Assembly: GCA_030704615.1 (NCBI GenBank)
Contig: CM060733.1
Location: 65,906,001 to 65,970,000 of the forward strand
Direction of reading: 5' to 3'
Source: Takakia lepidozioides
Lineage: Eukaryota; Plantae; Bryophyta
DNA length: 64,000 bases
Shown: one piece after another, positions 62,457-64,000 of the stretch
Numbering within the stretch: position 1 is the stretch's first letter
Layout of the letters: every line of letters begins with the position of its first letter
Program-made: the position numbers and the translations under genes
The notes under the pieces: model-generated
Told to the model about the DNA's origin: nothing
The model's input: the letters and a program-made list of their open reading frames with translations, nothing else
Databases searched by the model: none

Positions 62457-63139
62457 CATTCCACATTCGGGAAGGAGAAAGTGGCAATTATATTACATTC
62501 ATGTTCTTGCACCCTATTTTTTTTGGAGGAATTATACACTTGGTGGTGCCGCATCGCCATGGCTACATGTGAATTTTGGTGCCGCAATACATGAAAATGT
62601 GGTTTTTGGCCATGAATGGCATGCGCATGCTTTTTTTATTTTGGTTGTCTACAAATGGATCCGAGTAAAGCATACATTGTGTGGAGATTAACGGGCATTG
62701 AGGCCTATTTCAGCGCCGTTTATGGTCTATGTACTGCATAGTGCTTCCTTGTTACTGCTCTTCATTCAATTTGTAGTGATTTCGCAGCCCATCCTGGCGT
62801 TTTCGTCCACCTCTATGAGAAGACTCCAATTTGCTACAAATACATTGTTACTGTTCTGCAAATGTGATGTCTTTACAAGATTGCTAGTTCTGTGTCCCAG
62901 TGGGAAGGGTCCTACTGCACATTCCAGCATTTGCATACTACACTTTGTGCAAACAGCAATCCATACGACACAGGACACCTCCCAGCATACTGGCAGTGAA
63001 TTGCAAAAAACCTTAACAGAAGATTATCCAAGCATGTATATTCCCCATATGGCACAGGGAAGCTGCTTGATTTCTGAATGAAAATGTATGTGCCATGAGT
63101 GTCGGCGAGTCAAAACATGTCTACTCTAGCATGCAAGAC

Positions 63140-63691
63140 CTATGGTCCCCTCGCCCAAGAAGAAGGAACTCTAACTGGCCTCTCAAGGACCTCCTGAGTG
63201 ACCGGGTGCCTATATTTGAACAAAATGTGAGTGGTTTCTGTCGCCCGGTTGAAACAAATGAGGATGTCGTTTTTATCGATAGCGCCCCCTTGGTAGAAGG
63301 ACATTTTCACAGTGGGCCCTGTGTTCCCCTCCTCCTCATCCTCATAACTGAAGAGAATGTCCCCACTTTCCGAGCCAGTCCGTCCACGCGTAAAGTTTTC
63401 ACCTATGCACTCATCATACATCCACTCGCAACAATTCCAGCGATACAGCAACGCTGTGCGTGATCTGTTCGGCTCCCACTCATGCGGAAAGTCCAGGTCC
63501 ATGATGCGTAGGAACCACCTGCTCCCCAGCCGGGGTCCAGGAGAATCGTGCAATCCTGGAAGAAACTCCATTGCTCTCAGCTGGACAAGTCGAGGATCGT
63601 CCCTAAAAACATCCAGGAAAACAATGATGTCGTCTGCTTTCGGGAAAATGACTCCCGTCTGGCGTCGATAGATGTGATTCGGGCACGACAT
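63140..63691 (-). CDS. ORF-X family protein, family A
   Basis: DDIIVF..LRAMEFLPG..WFLRIMDLDFP..RTALLYRWNCCEW..IGENF..SGDIL..GGAIDKNDILI..RPVRVPSSW; frame intact. Confidence 0.7.
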   Translation of the reverse strand: MSCPNHIYRRQTGVIFPKADDIIVFLDVFRDDPRLVQLRAMEFLPGLHDSPGPRLGSRWFLRIMDLDFPHEWEPNRSRTALLYRWNCCEWMYDECIGENFTRGRTGSESGDILFSYEDEEEGNTGPTVKMSFYQGGAIDKNDILICFNRATETTHILFKYRHPVTQEVLERPVRVPSSWARGP

Positions 63692-63809
63692 GGCCTCACG
63701 ACATAGCACGAACTCAAAGCAGGGAGGAGATGGGCACAACAGAGAAGAGTGAAGAGCAAAATGAGAGCAAGGCCTCCCTTACCGTAGGGCGGGTATTTGC
63801 TCTCCGGAG

Positions 63810-64000
63810 CCCAATTTTGGCGCCGTTATTGGATGGAGTGCGGAAGCTTCAGCCGAGAATTTTGTTTCCGCAGGTCAATTTTGGCGCCGTTATTGGTTGC
63901 AATCCCTAGCCTTCAGCCGGGTATTTGGTTTCCGGACCCAATTTCGGCGCCGTTATCGGTTGCACTCCGGTGGCTTCAACCGAGTATTTGATTTTCGGCG
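63810..64000. repeat. AATTT(T/C)GGCGCCGTTAT repeats with ~60-bp period
   Basis: Copies at about 63813, 63877 and 63940, and a partial copy at the window end. Confidence 0.75.

Larger units (their letters stand above)
57174..64000 (-). mobile_element. Family A element copy 2 (internally deleted; continues beyond the window)
   Basis: Terminus GAGGTTTACTATTTCATGAGC; inverted homolog of 289-8873 with deletions at ~59115 and ~61972. Confidence 0.88.

Overview
Eukaryotic nuclear DNA, most likely from an early-diverging land plant (inferred from spliceosomal introns, PLS-PPR/DYW editing-factor pseudogenes and a Ty3/Gypsy element with a tRNA-iMet PBS). About 80% of the window is a nest of three related but diverged families (here A, B, C) of large multi-gene Mutator-like DNA transposons. 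One copy is structurally complete: B2, 37032-51771, 14.7 kb, 8-bp TSD TCACAGTG, inserted in the transposase of a family C element. The elements encode (i) a GCM-like Zn domain + MULE DDE + SWIM transposase; (ii) an intron-rich gene fusing a ParB/Srx-like domain (DGNHR) to a beta-class N4C/N6A DNA-methyltransferase fold with an atypical DIPD motif IV, probably extended by an alternatively spliced acidic exon; (iii) in families A and B, a ~190-aa orphan protein family (ORF-X, RWNCC motif). Introns and intergenic DNA of each family are studded with its own version of a palindrome (A: ATTTCGG-CG-CCGAAAT; B: GGAAATGCGG-CG-CCGCATTTCC; C: GGATGGAAATTCGG-CG-CCGAATTTCCATCC). This suggests a transposon-encoded, sequence-specific self-recognition or epigenetic system (parS-like or VANC-like); that function is inference. 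Between the elements are decayed host genes (serine carboxypeptidase-like, scrambled PPR-E/DYW cluster, OSB-like motif), a solo LTR and retroelement fragments. Nearly all large genes carry stops or frameshifts. Coordinates were read by eye; exon borders and array limits are approximate.
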